The notes below the pieces were generated by a model, which did not search any database, was not told the origin of the DNA, and was given only the letters and a program-made list of their open reading frames with translations. Position numbers and translations under genes: made by a program. Of a DNA stretch of 64,000 bases, positions 9,019 to 17,936 are shown piece by piece (the first letter of the stretch is position 1; the number at the start of each line of letters is the position of its first letter). The DNA comes from Thermoplasmata archaeon (lineage in GTDB: Archaea; Thermoplasmatota; Thermoplasmata; Lutacidiplasmatales; UBA184), in the NCBI GenBank assembly GCA_035623855.1, contig DASPSQ010000001.1, positions 46,092-110,091 of the forward strand, read 5' to 3'.

Positions 9019-9547
9019 GGCCGTTCCAGAGGTCTCGGTCCTGCGGATCGGCCACCGGCCGGGGCGCGATCCCCGCCTGACGACCCACCTGGCACTGACC
9101 GCTCGCGCCTTCGGGGCGCGGGCGATGTATCTCGAGCCACCCGACCCGGCCATCGTGGATCGGCTCCGTGCGGTCGGGGTCCGGTGGGGGGGAGGGTTCT
9201 CGATCGTTCCCACAGACGACTGGCGCCCCGTGGTTCGATCCTTTGACGGCCCGGTCGTTCACTTGACGATGTACGGGCTTCCCTTCGAGAAGATCGAGCC
9301 ACGGCTCCGTCGATCCCGCCGGATCCTGCTCGTCGTCGGTGGGGCGAAGGTCCCTCGCGACCTCTTCAACCGGGCGACCTACAACGTCGCCGTCGGACAC
9401 CAGCCGCACAGCGAGGTCGCGGCCGTCGCCGTCGTCCTCGAACGACTTCGGGGAATCCCTGGACCTCAAGCCTGGCCCAAGGCTCGCCAGGTCATCGTAC
9501 CCCGGGCTCGCGGCAAGATGGTTCGGATGCGGGAGTCGCCACGATGA
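8975..9547 (+). CDS. trm56: tRNA (cytidine56-2'-O)-methyltransferase, SPOUT family
   Basis: [27 protein letters not shown] matches the Trm56 N-terminus ([27 protein letters not shown]). The ORF-track start is a GTG that overlaps the upstream gene by 44 nt, so the true start is uncertain. Confidence 0.8.
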   Translation: [190 protein letters not shown]

Positions 9548-10515
9548 CCGAAGCTCCGTCGCCCATACCGGCTCGACCCTTACCGGTGTCCGTCCGATCG
9601 CCCGGAAAGTGCATCGTCTTTGGAGAGCACGCCGTGGTTCGCGGAGCCCCGGAGCTCGCCTTCGCCATCGATCTCTACACCCAGGTCTTCGTTCGCCCCG
9701 GGGAGAAGGTCCAGTTGAACTCGGACCCGGACGCCGCCCGACAGAATGACTACTTCCGGTCCGCCCTTCGCCAGAGTTGGGAGGGAGGGCCCCCGGTCGA
9801 TGTGCGGTCGGTGTCCCGGATTCCACGAGCCGCGGGACTCGGGTCCTCCGCAGCATTCGCGGCGTCCCTCGCCGCGGCGTTCTCTGCGGCGAAAGGGGGG
9901 ATCCCTCGAGGCGATCTGGCCCAGGTGAGCTTCGACATCGAGCGGGAGGCCCAGGGGGTGGGAAGCCCGGGGGATACAAGCACCGTCGTTGCGGGCGGAT
10001 ACGCCGCGATCAACGGCGGACCGGGCGAGCCTTTGTGGACGGTCCACGGACCCGAGCACCAGTGGGATGTCCGCCGCGTGCCCGACCCCGGCTGGGTCTG
10101 GGTGGTGGCGTACACCGGGATCCCGAGGTCGACCAGCGAGGCCGTGCGCGCGGTCGGGCTCCGGCTGGACCGGAGCGACGGTCCCGCGCTGCTCGCCGAA
10201 TTCACACGGGTCGCGACCGATGGGATTCATGCGGTCGAGCGGGGCGACCGAGCGTCCGTTGCATCCCTCATGCAGCGGAATCAGGAGCTCCTCCGAGAGG
10301 CCGGAGTGTCTCATCCGAGGATCGAGGCCCTCATCGAGGCCGCCCGACCGGCGGCCGAGGCGTCGAAGCTGACCGGCGCAGGAAAGGGAGGTTCCGTGGT
10401 CGTCCTTCCGGTCCCCGGAAAGGAGACGGAGGTCGTCCGCCGTCTCGCGCGTGCCGGGGGCCTGGCGTTCGTGGTCCGTCCGGCAAGCCAGGGTGCGGAG
10501 GTCGTCGAAACCTGA
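9544..10515 (+). CDS. mvk: mevalonate kinase (GHMP kinase)
   Basis: PGKCIVFGEHAVVRGAPELAFAIDL, SRIPRAAGLGSSAAFAASLAAA and KLTGAGKGGSVVVL match the archaeal mevalonate kinase signature blocks. The ATG overlaps the trm56 stop. Confidence 0.8.
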   Translation: MTEAPSPIPARPLPVSVRSPGKCIVFGEHAVVRGAPELAFAIDLYTQVFVRPGEKVQLNSDPDAARQNDYFRSALRQSWEGGPPVDVRSVSRIPRAAGLGSSAAFAASLAAAFSAAKGGIPRGDLAQVSFDIEREAQGVGSPGDTSTVVAGGYAAINGGPGEPLWTVHGPEHQWDVRRVPDPGWVWVVAYTGIPRSTSEAVRAVGLRLDRSDGPALLAEFTRVATDGIHAVERGDRASVASLMQRNQELLREAGVSHPRIEALIEAARPAAEASKLTGAGKGGSVVVLPVPGKETEVVRRLARAGGLAFVVRPASQGAEVVET

Positions 10516-10524
10516 CCGGGTCGG

Positions 10525-11721
10525 TCAGCGTCGCGAGACGATCCGCACGACCGCATTCGGCCCGAGCGGATGGTCCGCGGCGAGCGCACGATGGGTCCGG
10601 CCATCGATGGCCCGGATAAAGTTCTCGCCGAGATCGGTGTGAACCCGGTACGCGACCGCTCGAGTCGGGGTGTTCGCTGGAACCAGGAGCGCGTCCGGCA
10701 GCACCCGGCCCTTTCCGTCGGTCCAATGCGACTCGTCCTCGACCGGATACACTACGATCATCTGGAGGCGATCGAACACCATCCGTTCGATCGCCGGTTG
10801 TACTCCCGTCCCTCCCCAGGTTTGCATGGTGGTACGGATGCCGTCGAGAGCTTTCGCCTGGGGTGGGGAAAGGCGGGAGGGATCCGGAATCGTGAAGGAC
10901 GCATCACCGGGTCGATACGACACGAGTCCTGCCCGTGCCGCGCGTCGCAAGGTGAGCTCGCTGTCCGCGGCCGTCGGAACCACCGGGATCGGTGAGACCC
11001 CCGACCGAAGGGCCTCTGCCTGCTCATGGCCCACGCGATCGCATTTGTTCGCGGCCACGAGCCGTGGTTTGGACTCCTCGAGAAGGGCCCGGGCGAGCCG
11101 GGCGCGGTCCTCCGAGGTCCAATGGGCCGGATGTGCTCGGTCCGTAGGGGTCAATCGCAGCGCGGAGGCGATCGCGCCGGGGGAGATGGAAAGGCCGGTC
11201 AATCTCTCGGCGAGAAACTCCTCGATTTTCTTTCCCTCGAGCTCGACCCCTTTCGCCTGGCGCTGGAAGTCCCGCCCCAGGATCTCGGCGACCCATGCCA
11301 CCATCTCTTCCTGGAGCCAGCCGACCTCCTCCGCGGGGTCGTGGCTCCCCGGAGCGACGATCCGGCCCTCCGCGTCGGTGGCGCCCGAGAGGTCGACCAC
11401 CTGCACAAACCCGTCGGCCGCTCGAAGGTCATCGAGGAACTTGTGTCCGAGCCCCTTGCCGGTGGACGCTCCGGGTACAAGCCCCGGAACGTCGACGAGG
11501 CTCACCGGAACCCAGCGGGTCCCGTCCACGCACTTGGAGTTGCCGGGCGTACACGGTACTCCCTTCTCGAGATGCGGACACGGGGCCCGGACTGCGGCCG
11601 TGCCCCGGTTCGGAGTGGTGGTGGTGAACGGATACGGAGCCATGGCGGCGTCCAACAGAGTCAGCGCGTTGAACAAGGTCGACTTGCCGACGTTCGGCTT
11701 GCCCACGACGCCGACTTCCAC
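10525..11721 (-). CDS. Obg-family GTPase, YchF/OLA1-like with C-terminal TGS-like region
   Basis: G1 motif VVGKPNVGKSTLFNALT at the N-terminus. 398 aa. The architecture is typical of the archaeal YchF-related GTP-binding protein. Confidence 0.7.
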   Translation of the reverse strand: MEVGVVGKPNVGKSTLFNALTLLDAAMAPYPFTTTTPNRGTAAVRAPCPHLEKGVPCTPGNSKCVDGTRWVPVSLVDVPGLVPGASTGKGLGHKFLDDLRAADGFVQVVDLSGATDAEGRIVAPGSHDPAEEVGWLQEEMVAWVAEILGRDFQRQAKGVELEGKKIEEFLAERLTGLSISPGAIASALRLTPTDRAHPAHWTSEDRARLARALLEESKPRLVAANKCDRVGHEQAEALRSGVSPIPVVPTAADSELTLRRAARAGLVSYRPGDASFTIPDPSRLSPPQAKALDGIRTTMQTWGGTGVQPAIERMVFDRLQMIVVYPVEDESHWTDGKGRVLPDALLVPANTPTRAVAYRVHTDLGENFIRAIDGRTHRALAADHPLGPNAVVRIVSRR

Positions 11722-11742
11722 GGACCGTCACCCCTCACCGGG

Positions 11743-12357
11743 CTAGGCAGAGTAATCCGGCGGGACTTCGGGAGTCCCGAGCGTGTGGTTTGCCACGAGG
11801 GCCAAGATGAAGAGGAGGTCGCTCAACCGATTGGCCCATGCGAGGAGTTCGGCCCGGAGCGGTTCGACCTTGTGCAGCCGCAGGAGTTCGGTCTCCGCTC
11901 GGCGGGAAATCGTGCGGCAAACGTGAAATTGCGCGGCCGCGCGAGATCCACCGGGGATTACGAACGAGTGAATAGGGGAGAGCTCCGCCTGGAATCGATC
12001 GATGTCTCGCTCGAGCCGTTCGACGTGTGCCGAGTTGATTCGATGGCGTGGCGAACGGGGGCGCGGTGTGGCAAGTTCGGCCTGCGCGACGAAGAGCTCG
12101 TGTCCCAGTCGAACGAGGATCGGTCGGAGAGTCTCCAGCTCGGGGGGCAAATCGGCCAGAGCGAGCCCCAGCTGGGAGCCGAGCTCGTCGTACGTCCCGT
12201 AGGCGCGGATGCGATCGGAGTCCTTGCTTACGCGGGACCCGCCGACAAGACCGGTAGTTCCGTGGTCACCCGTACGGGTATAGACACGCGGGATGCTCTC
12301 GCCTCCGGTCGCCACGGCAGCTGGTCCAAGGGAGAGCTCAGGCCGTGAACGGGACAA
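11743..12357 (-). CDS. ATP:cob(I)alamin adenosyltransferase, PduO type
   Basis: YTRTGDHGTTGLVGGSRVSKDSDRIRAYGTYDELGS matches the PduO/MMAB N-terminal signature. The ORF-track start is a TTG and the true start is likely a few codons before VYTRTGD. Confidence 0.75.
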   Translation of the reverse strand: MSRSRPELSLGPAAVATGGESIPRVYTRTGDHGTTGLVGGSRVSKDSDRIRAYGTYDELGSQLGLALADLPPELETLRPILVRLGHELFVAQAELATPRPRSPRHRINSAHVERLERDIDRFQAELSPIHSFVIPGGSRAAAQFHVCRTISRRAETELLRLHKVEPLRAELLAWANRLSDLLFILALVANHTLGTPEVPPDYSA

Positions 12358-12481
12358 TACGAGATGTGCAGCACCTCATTATGCTTGGCGTCCTGACGGC
12401 ACAGTCGGCAGATGAACCCGCTCCGCTCGCTCCAGGCGATCCCCATCGATTCCATGATGCAACCCTTCCCCGCTTCGGAGG

Positions 12482-12880
12482 TTATCGCCGGAGGAGCCCC
12501 CGACCCTCCCGTTCCGCCCGGTGCCGCCCCGCACGACGCTCGCTCGCCGACCTCGCGCGGTCGCGCAAGGCCGGGACGTGTTCGTCGTGGGTGCGAGCGA
12601 GCTCCCGAATGCCGAGCGTCAGGACGAGCGTAATCGCGCCGTCCAGGTCTCGGGCATAGCCATCCTCCACGAGATCCTCAAGCTCGTTCCGCAGGGTTGC
12701 GGGGAGCTCCACGGTCGTCGCCTTGCCCTCTGTTGCACCGCGCACGAGGGCACGAACCGCTTCGGAACGGTTCGGCAATCGGCGACTCGTTTGGAATCTC
12801 TCGAGGAGCGACTCTTCCTCGGTCGTCAGGCGAACTCCGAGAAAGTGAGTCGCGGGAGCTTCGGCTCGAGCGGTTCGCAC
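12482..12880 (-). CDS. ribbon-helix-helix (CopG/Arc-like) DNA-binding protein
   Basis: LGVRLTTEEESLLERF...RSEAVRALV is an RHH motif, followed by a second RHH-like segment. GTG start. Confidence 0.5.
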   Translation of the reverse strand: MRTARAEAPATHFLGVRLTTEEESLLERFQTSRRLPNRSEAVRALVRGATEGKATTVELPATLRNELEDLVEDGYARDLDGAITLVLTLGIRELARTHDEHVPALRDRARSASERRAGRHRAEREGRGLLRR

Positions 12881-12883
12881 GCC

Positions 12884-12945
12884 GTTTAACAGAATTAAAC
12901 GAATATTTAGTTATTCCGCAGATTTTGTTAAACACTTGGGGGCAA
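12884..12945. promoter_or_regulatory. AT-rich divergent promoter region with TATA-like elements
   Basis: The only strongly AT-rich stretch in about 10 kb: cgtttaacagaattaaacgaatatttagttattccgcagattttgttaaaca. It lies directly upstream of the RHH gene start (12880, minus strand) and about 180 nt upstream of the aminopeptidase gene. Confidence 0.4.
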
Positions 12946-13118
12946 GGCGTCTCCAACCCCTCGAACCCGGGACGTCCATGCAAGCCCTTCCGTCAGAAGC
13001 GCGGAACCTGAGGGCGTCAGTTGTTCGGACGCGCAAGACTCCGCGGTCGAACCGATGTGCCCACCGTTTCACAACCCCTGCATGATACAAATAGGCCCGT
13101 CGACGTCGGCTCCCTCCC

Positions 13119-14231
13119 ATGGTCGAAATCCCCTCGAAGTTGCACCGGGACACTGCCCGCAACATCGTGACCAAGTACCTCAAAATCCGGCCAGGAGAGA
13201 ACGCGATCATCGAGTCATGGGACCATACGATGCCGATAGCCGCCGCAATGGTCGACGAGATTCGCCGTGTGGGGGGCAAAACCCTCCACATCCACGAAGA
13301 CGAAGATGCGTGGTGGCGCGCGATCGACCGGAAGCAGAGCAAGCTCCTCGGCAGGTCGAGCGCGCCCGAGTGGGCGGCATTGAACGCCACGGATGTGTAC
13401 GTGCATTTCTGGGGTCCGGGTGATACGGACCGCCTCGAGAAGATTCCCGAGAGGACGTTCTACGAAGCGCTCGCTTGGTTCACGCCTTGGTACCAGGTCG
13501 CCAGGAAATCGGGCCTCCGCGGTGGGCGGGTGGCCCTTGGGTTCGCGACGGAAGGGCGGGCGAAGCAGTGGGGCTTGGATCGCGCTCGGTGGGAGGAAAG
13601 CATCCTACGCGCGTGCCTCACCGACCCGGTGGAGACGGCCAAAAGCGGGGCCCGGCTCTACAAGGCCATCTCCCACGGAAAGAAGGTGCGGATCACCCAC
13701 TCCAATGGAACCGACATTGAGGTCGCCTTGGCCGGCGGCGCTCCGCGGTTGCATGACGGGACGCCGCACCCTCGGGACAAGAGATACGGCCCGAGTGACA
13801 TGCTGGCTCAGATCCCCGCCGGACGCATCGACGTGGCCCTCGACTCCAAGACTGCGGAGGGAATCATCCACGCCAATCGCAGGACCAACATCTGGTGGCA
13901 TTGGACCGCCGGTGGAACGCTCGAGTTCTCTGACGGCAAGCTCGGCTCGTATTCCTTCGAGAAAGGAAAGGAGGAGTTTGACACCATGTACAAGAAGGGC
14001 ACGGCAGGCAAGGACCGCACCGGCTCACTCACTTTCGGGCTGAACCCGGCCGCCAAGGATGTCCCCCACTTGGAGAACGTCGAGCTCGGCTGCCTGACCC
14101 TCGCCATCGGGAGGAACCAGCACCTCGGGGGGGGCACCAACGGATCGAATTTCATGGATTGGATCTCGCTCGCCGGCTCTGAGGTCGCGATCGACGGGAC
14201 CCCGGTCATCCGCGCCGGAAAGCTCCTCTAG
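13119..14231 (+). CDS. aminopeptidase, M29 (thermophilic metalloprotease/AmpS) family
   Basis: 370 aa. Size and composition fit the M29 aminopeptidase T/II family. The assignment rests on recalled family resemblance, not a unique motif. Confidence 0.45.
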   Translation: MVEIPSKLHRDTARNIVTKYLKIRPGENAIIESWDHTMPIAAAMVDEIRRVGGKTLHIHEDEDAWWRAIDRKQSKLLGRSSAPEWAALNATDVYVHFWGPGDTDRLEKIPERTFYEALAWFTPWYQVARKSGLRGGRVALGFATEGRAKQWGLDRARWEESILRACLTDPVETAKSGARLYKAISHGKKVRITHSNGTDIEVALAGGAPRLHDGTPHPRDKRYGPSDMLAQIPAGRIDVALDSKTAEGIIHANRRTNIWWHWTAGGTLEFSDGKLGSYSFEKGKEEFDTMYKKGTAGKDRTGSLTFGLNPAAKDVPHLENVELGCLTLAIGRNQHLGGGTNGSNFMDWISLAGSEVAIDGTPVIRAGKLL

Positions 14232-14380
14232 ACCTGCCCCCAATCACTGCATTCGCGTAAGTTGCAACGGTCCTTGCACCCAGAGATTGCTCGTGGCTTG
14301 TCGCTTATGCAGACGGTCGAGCATGTGCTTAACCCACACTTTAATCGCTGCTCAGCGTAGCCCCTTCCGAAGGTGTCTCG

Positions 14381-14866
14381 ATGCCCGTGAGCTCTGTGCG
14401 ATTTCGGTTTCGTCAAGCTTTCCGGGTTCCGGCCAAGGCCGCGTACGAGTGGTGCACGGATTACCAACCCAGTGACGCTCGCTTCTTTGAACAGAAGTGG
14501 CGACGTGAGGTTCGCCGACTGGCCAAGGACGCGATTCTCCTGACCGAGACGACGTGGCCCGGGGGACGGACTTGTGTCATTCAGAGACTCGTACGGTTGA
14601 GCCCTCAAGATCTCGCATGGACGAACACTCACATTTCGGGACCCTTCCGGCATTCACAGTATTGGTACCGCATCGTCCCTGACGCGCCTCGGCGGTCGCA
14701 TCTCGAGTTTACCGGAATGCGCCTGATTCGAACTCCGAGGTCGCTAAGCCCCGCCCAGAAGACCCGGCTGACGGACCAGGAACGGCGCGGTGATTCCGCT
14801 CTCTGGCACCGAATTGCGCGGGCACTCGAACGTGAGATTGGGTCGCGGACCTACAGCGAACCATAG
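14381..14866 (+). CDS. SRPBCC (polyketide cyclase/START-like) domain protein
   Basis: VPAKAAYEWCTDYQPSD.. start typical of the Polyketide_cyc2/SRPBCC fold. Confidence 0.4.
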   Translation: MPVSSVRFRFRQAFRVPAKAAYEWCTDYQPSDARFFEQKWRREVRRLAKDAILLTETTWPGGRTCVIQRLVRLSPQDLAWTNTHISGPFRHSQYWYRIVPDAPRRSHLEFTGMRLIRTPRSLSPAQKTRLTDQERRGDSALWHRIARALEREIGSRTYSEP

Positions 14867-14988
14867 GTGCAAGTCCCCGCTTTCACCCAGCCGGGGAGAT
14901 TGGACCGCACCCGCCAGTAGATCCCCAAGTCGGCAAGACAAAGAATATCCCCGAATCGATCTATCCCTGTCGAAGAGGTTGAGAGACG

Positions 14989-15393
14989 ATGGCGAAATCC
15001 GTGGAGTTCGTGACCCTCATCCCGATTCGGAACATGAGCCGGGCGGTTCGGTTCTATTCGAAGCAGCTCGGCGGCAAGGTCACGATGCGGGGAACCGGCG
15101 AAATGAGGGACTCCTGGACTTCCATGAGTATCGCCGGCCACCACGTCTGGCTCGTGGCGCCCGACAAGCGGGAGAAACGAGCCCTCGCCTACACGACTCT
15201 TATGGTCAAGAACGCGAAGCGGTACGTGAAGTCCCTTCAGCGTCGTGGCGTGCGGTTCCAGCGAGGGGAATCGATGGGTCCGGACTCAACGGTCGAAGGG
15301 CCGGTCGTGTCGAATCCCTACGGAACAACGGCGTTCTTCAAGGATCCCGAGGGTAATCTCTGGATGGTTTTTCAGGTCCCCTCCGGAGTGTAG
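14989..15393 (+). CDS. VOC family (glyoxalase/bleomycin-resistance fold) protein
   Basis: 134 aa: EFVTLIPIRNMSRAVRFYSKQLGG...FFKDPEGNLWMV is a typical VOC module. Confidence 0.6.
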   Translation: MAKSVEFVTLIPIRNMSRAVRFYSKQLGGKVTMRGTGEMRDSWTSMSIAGHHVWLVAPDKREKRALAYTTLMVKNAKRYVKSLQRRGVRFQRGESMGPDSTVEGPVVSNPYGTTAFFKDPEGNLWMVFQVPSGV

Positions 15394-15585
15394 GTTCAGG
15401 GCCGAGGGCATTACCGAGGGGCCGTAGGCTGGACCCACCACCCTCTAACCCATCGCGCCGTCCATCAGCGACCACGTCGCAATAGCATTGGCCTCCGCTC
15501 GGCGCCGTGACACCGAGAGCGCACTCTCCCCTGGGCGTCTGTCATAAGGCGATACGCCTGTGCTGAATCGTTCGGCGAGGCGCCC

Positions 15586-15960
15586 GTGATCAGGGGGACC
15601 ATTATCCTGGAAAGTCTTCGTGAAGAAGCTGAGCTCACTGGGTTTCGTTTCCTCGTCCGGGAGGTCGGACGGGGTCGTGCCCGACTCTCGGAGCAACAGA
15701 TTGCCGCGGGCCTACCCGACGTGTGGTGCTCGATCGAGTTTGAGCTTGAGGACGAGCGGGCCGACGATCTCACGGAAGCGTTGTCCGAAGCTCTTGATAC
15801 CGGTTGGTACGCTAACTTCTCCTCGGAAACCGAGACGTTCATCATCTTCTCGGGCCGAGTTTTTCGATATCCTCGCGGCCAGCGCGACGGCCGAGCGGAA
15901 GCTCAAGCGTACGGAAGAGCTCTCGGAATTCCCGAACGACAACTGGATTGGTCGGAGTGA
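15586..15960 (+). CDS. hypothetical protein
   Basis: 124-aa ORF with protein-like composition. No motif recognised. Confidence 0.35.
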   Translation: MIRGTIILESLREEAELTGFRFLVREVGRGRARLSEQQIAAGLPDVWCSIEFELEDERADDLTEALSEALDTGWYANFSSETETFIIFSGRVFRYPRGQRDGRAEAQAYGRALGIPERQLDWSE

Positions 15961-16026
15961 GTGCGAGACCGCTTGCACCCAAACGGGGTCCGAGCTTCTC
16001 GTCCTAACCGCACCGGTGGCGCGTGG

Positions 16027-16317
16027 TCAGCTCCGGGGATCCGGAGGGGCGGGGGTCGGTTGTTCCCCCCGCGCTGCATGTTTCGGATAATACCAGTATA
16101 CGAGGAATGCCAAAACGGCCGCATAGAGCACAACTCCTCCCACAATCGCGAGCGTGACGTTCTCCCACACCCGGGAAGTCCCGACATCCTGGATGTATCC
16201 CAGAAGCCCCGACAAGACTACGGTGAACACGAGGCCGAGGCTAATCTGAACCGTACTGGGACGACGTCGGTAGAATGCAACAGAGATCAGTCCGGGGAGC
16301 ATCATCCGTCCCGACAC
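16027..16317 (-). CDS. small membrane protein (2-3 TM helices)
   Basis: Hydrophobic segments MMLPGLISVAFY, LGLVFTVVLSGLLGYI and LAIVGGVVLYAAVLAFLVYWYY. Confidence 0.45.
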   Translation of the reverse strand: MSGRMMLPGLISVAFYRRRPSTVQISLGLVFTVVLSGLLGYIQDVGTSRVWENVTLAIVGGVVLYAAVLAFLVYWYYPKHAARGEQPTPAPPDPRS

Positions 16318-16634
16318 TGGGTGTAACTACTAAAACGGATTTGGGCCAAAGGCGGAAGTCTGCGAGTGCCGCGACTCAGACGTGCCCCGTTCTTGCGACG
16401 ATTGACGTGTGGAACTGAGCGTGCACCTGTCGCGAACGACAAAACTTAGACTCCGTAAGGGGAAACAATCTACCTAATGCGGTCTGCCTAGTCTTTCGGT
16501 TCATCGCAGAGTCGTTCGTCCGCGTGCAGTCTCGGACGGCGAAAGAATTCTGTCTATCCGAACGAACCGCGAGGTGGGCCAAATCTCCTGAATGACAAAG
16601 TCCTCATAGAGGAAAACCTACGGGATGCGCGGCA

Positions 16635-17471
16635 ATGTCCTGGAAGTACACCGACGAGTACTATCGGGAATACACCCGGACGACCTGGAATGAGAGTGCG
16701 GACGCCTACGTGGGGATGCTCGCATCTCTCGAACCGTTCCGCCAGGACATGCTAGTCCGTCTTGGCGCGCGTCGAGGCGAAGTGATCCTCGACCTGGGCA
16801 CCGGCCCAGGCGAGCCGGCAATGACCATCGCGAAGCAGGTCGACCCGGACGGCCACGTCACGGGCGTGGACCTCTCCGAGAACATGGTCTCGATTGCCAA
16901 CAGGGTTGCGGCGTCTCGGAGACTCAAAAATGTCGACTTTCAGGTCATGGATTGCTCTGACCTGAAGCTGCCCGATTCACACTTCGATGCCGCTGCCTGC
17001 TGCTTCGGGTTCCAGATCTTCACCGACCCGGAGAAAGCGGCCCGAGAGGCTTTTCGCGTCCTCAAGCCGAACGGTCGAATCTGTGTGGGAGTGTGGGCTA
17101 CTGGTGATCGGGTGCCATTCCTCCATGCGATCGTGGGTCCGATGCTAGAGTTTGCCGAGCCGGACGAGAACGGGTACATCCCAACTCCCTACGAAACCGG
17201 GGGTCCGGGAGAAATGGTCCAATTCCTGCAGAACGCAGGATTCCAGGATGGCACGGAGTTTCGTGTCGAGCATCGAATGAAATTCGAGACCACCGACGAC
17301 TACCTTCGCACGATTCTGAAGGCCACACCCATCGGTCACTCCCTCGAAGAAGAGGATGCCGCGACTCAAGAGCAGGTTCTACGGAAGACTCGGGCAAATC
17401 TGAAACGTTGGACGACCTCCGACGGAGTCTCTCTCCCGGCGGAGTGTGTCATCGTAACCGCTCGGAAGTAA
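16635..17471 (+). CDS. class I SAM-dependent methyltransferase
   Basis: Motif I ILDLGTGPGEPA, plus VLKPNGRICVGV. Confidence 0.65.
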   Translation: MSWKYTDEYYREYTRTTWNESADAYVGMLASLEPFRQDMLVRLGARRGEVILDLGTGPGEPAMTIAKQVDPDGHVTGVDLSENMVSIANRVAASRRLKNVDFQVMDCSDLKLPDSHFDAAACCFGFQIFTDPEKAAREAFRVLKPNGRICVGVWATGDRVPFLHAIVGPMLEFAEPDENGYIPTPYETGGPGEMVQFLQNAGFQDGTEFRVEHRMKFETTDDYLRTILKATPIGHSLEEEDAATQEQVLRKTRANLKRWTTSDGVSLPAECVIVTARK

Positions 17472-17546
17472 CGGCTCCCACCCTCGGAGTCATCATCCTG
17501 CCCTTCCGGTAGGCGGGTCAAGCCGTCGTTGGGTCCAATATCTCCT

Positions 17547-17936
17547 TCACCCAACGTCTCGAGGTTGGTTCCCTAAGCCGTCAACGTTGCCGCGCTGCTT
17601 GAGGGTGACCGCTGCCCGAATCAGGTTCTTGAGCGCGACCGGATCGATCGAAGTCCCTTCGGGTATGTCGATTGCGCGAAAGGTCCTGCTCTCGAGTCGG
17701 GTGTTGAAGAGCCGGTTAGGGTCTTCGAGAGAGGCTCCGTTGGGGAAGGTGAGCCGCAGGCGACCCTTCAGCTCGTTCGCGAGGCAAATGATCCCGTTCT
17801 AGGACCATACCGGAACCCCCGCGGGATTCGAGGGTTTCTTCCATTTCTGCTCCTCGATAGCCTCGGGATCGGCCTCGCGCATGATGCCACGGACATCGTC
17901 GAGAAGTTTCGCCAGACCATCACAGGATTGCGACAT
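17547..17936 (-). pseudogene. DUF1801 (YdhG-like) family gene interrupted by one in-frame TAG (complement of 17799-17801)
   Basis: The upstream part (ORF track 17799..18125) ends ..IMREADPEAIEEQKWKKPSNPAGVPVWS. After the TAG the same frame continues NGIICLANELKGRLRLTFPNGASLEDPN...AAVTLKQRG to a TGA at 17547-17549. Joined, the two parts give a full-length DUF1801 domain of about 128 aa. Confidence 0.6.

Noticed and set aside
8176-9979. Two long minus-strand ORFs (345 aa and 343 aa)
   Set aside because: They are antisense to the eIF2a, nop10, hypothetical, trm56 and mvk genes. They are Arg/Pro/Ser-rich low-complexity translations typical of GC-rich antisense frames.
10670-12348. Plus-strand ORFs of 358 and 440 aa
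   Set aside because: They are antisense to the YchF-like GTPase and PduO genes, which have strong motif support. The translations have no motifs.
17796-17801. Idea that the in-frame TAG in the DUF1801 gene reflects pyrrolysine/amber recoding
   Set aside because: TAG is used as an ordinary terminator by rpl44e (7332-7334) and by both GTPase genes of the flotillin operon. No pyl genes were seen. A pseudogene or sequencing error is the better explanation.
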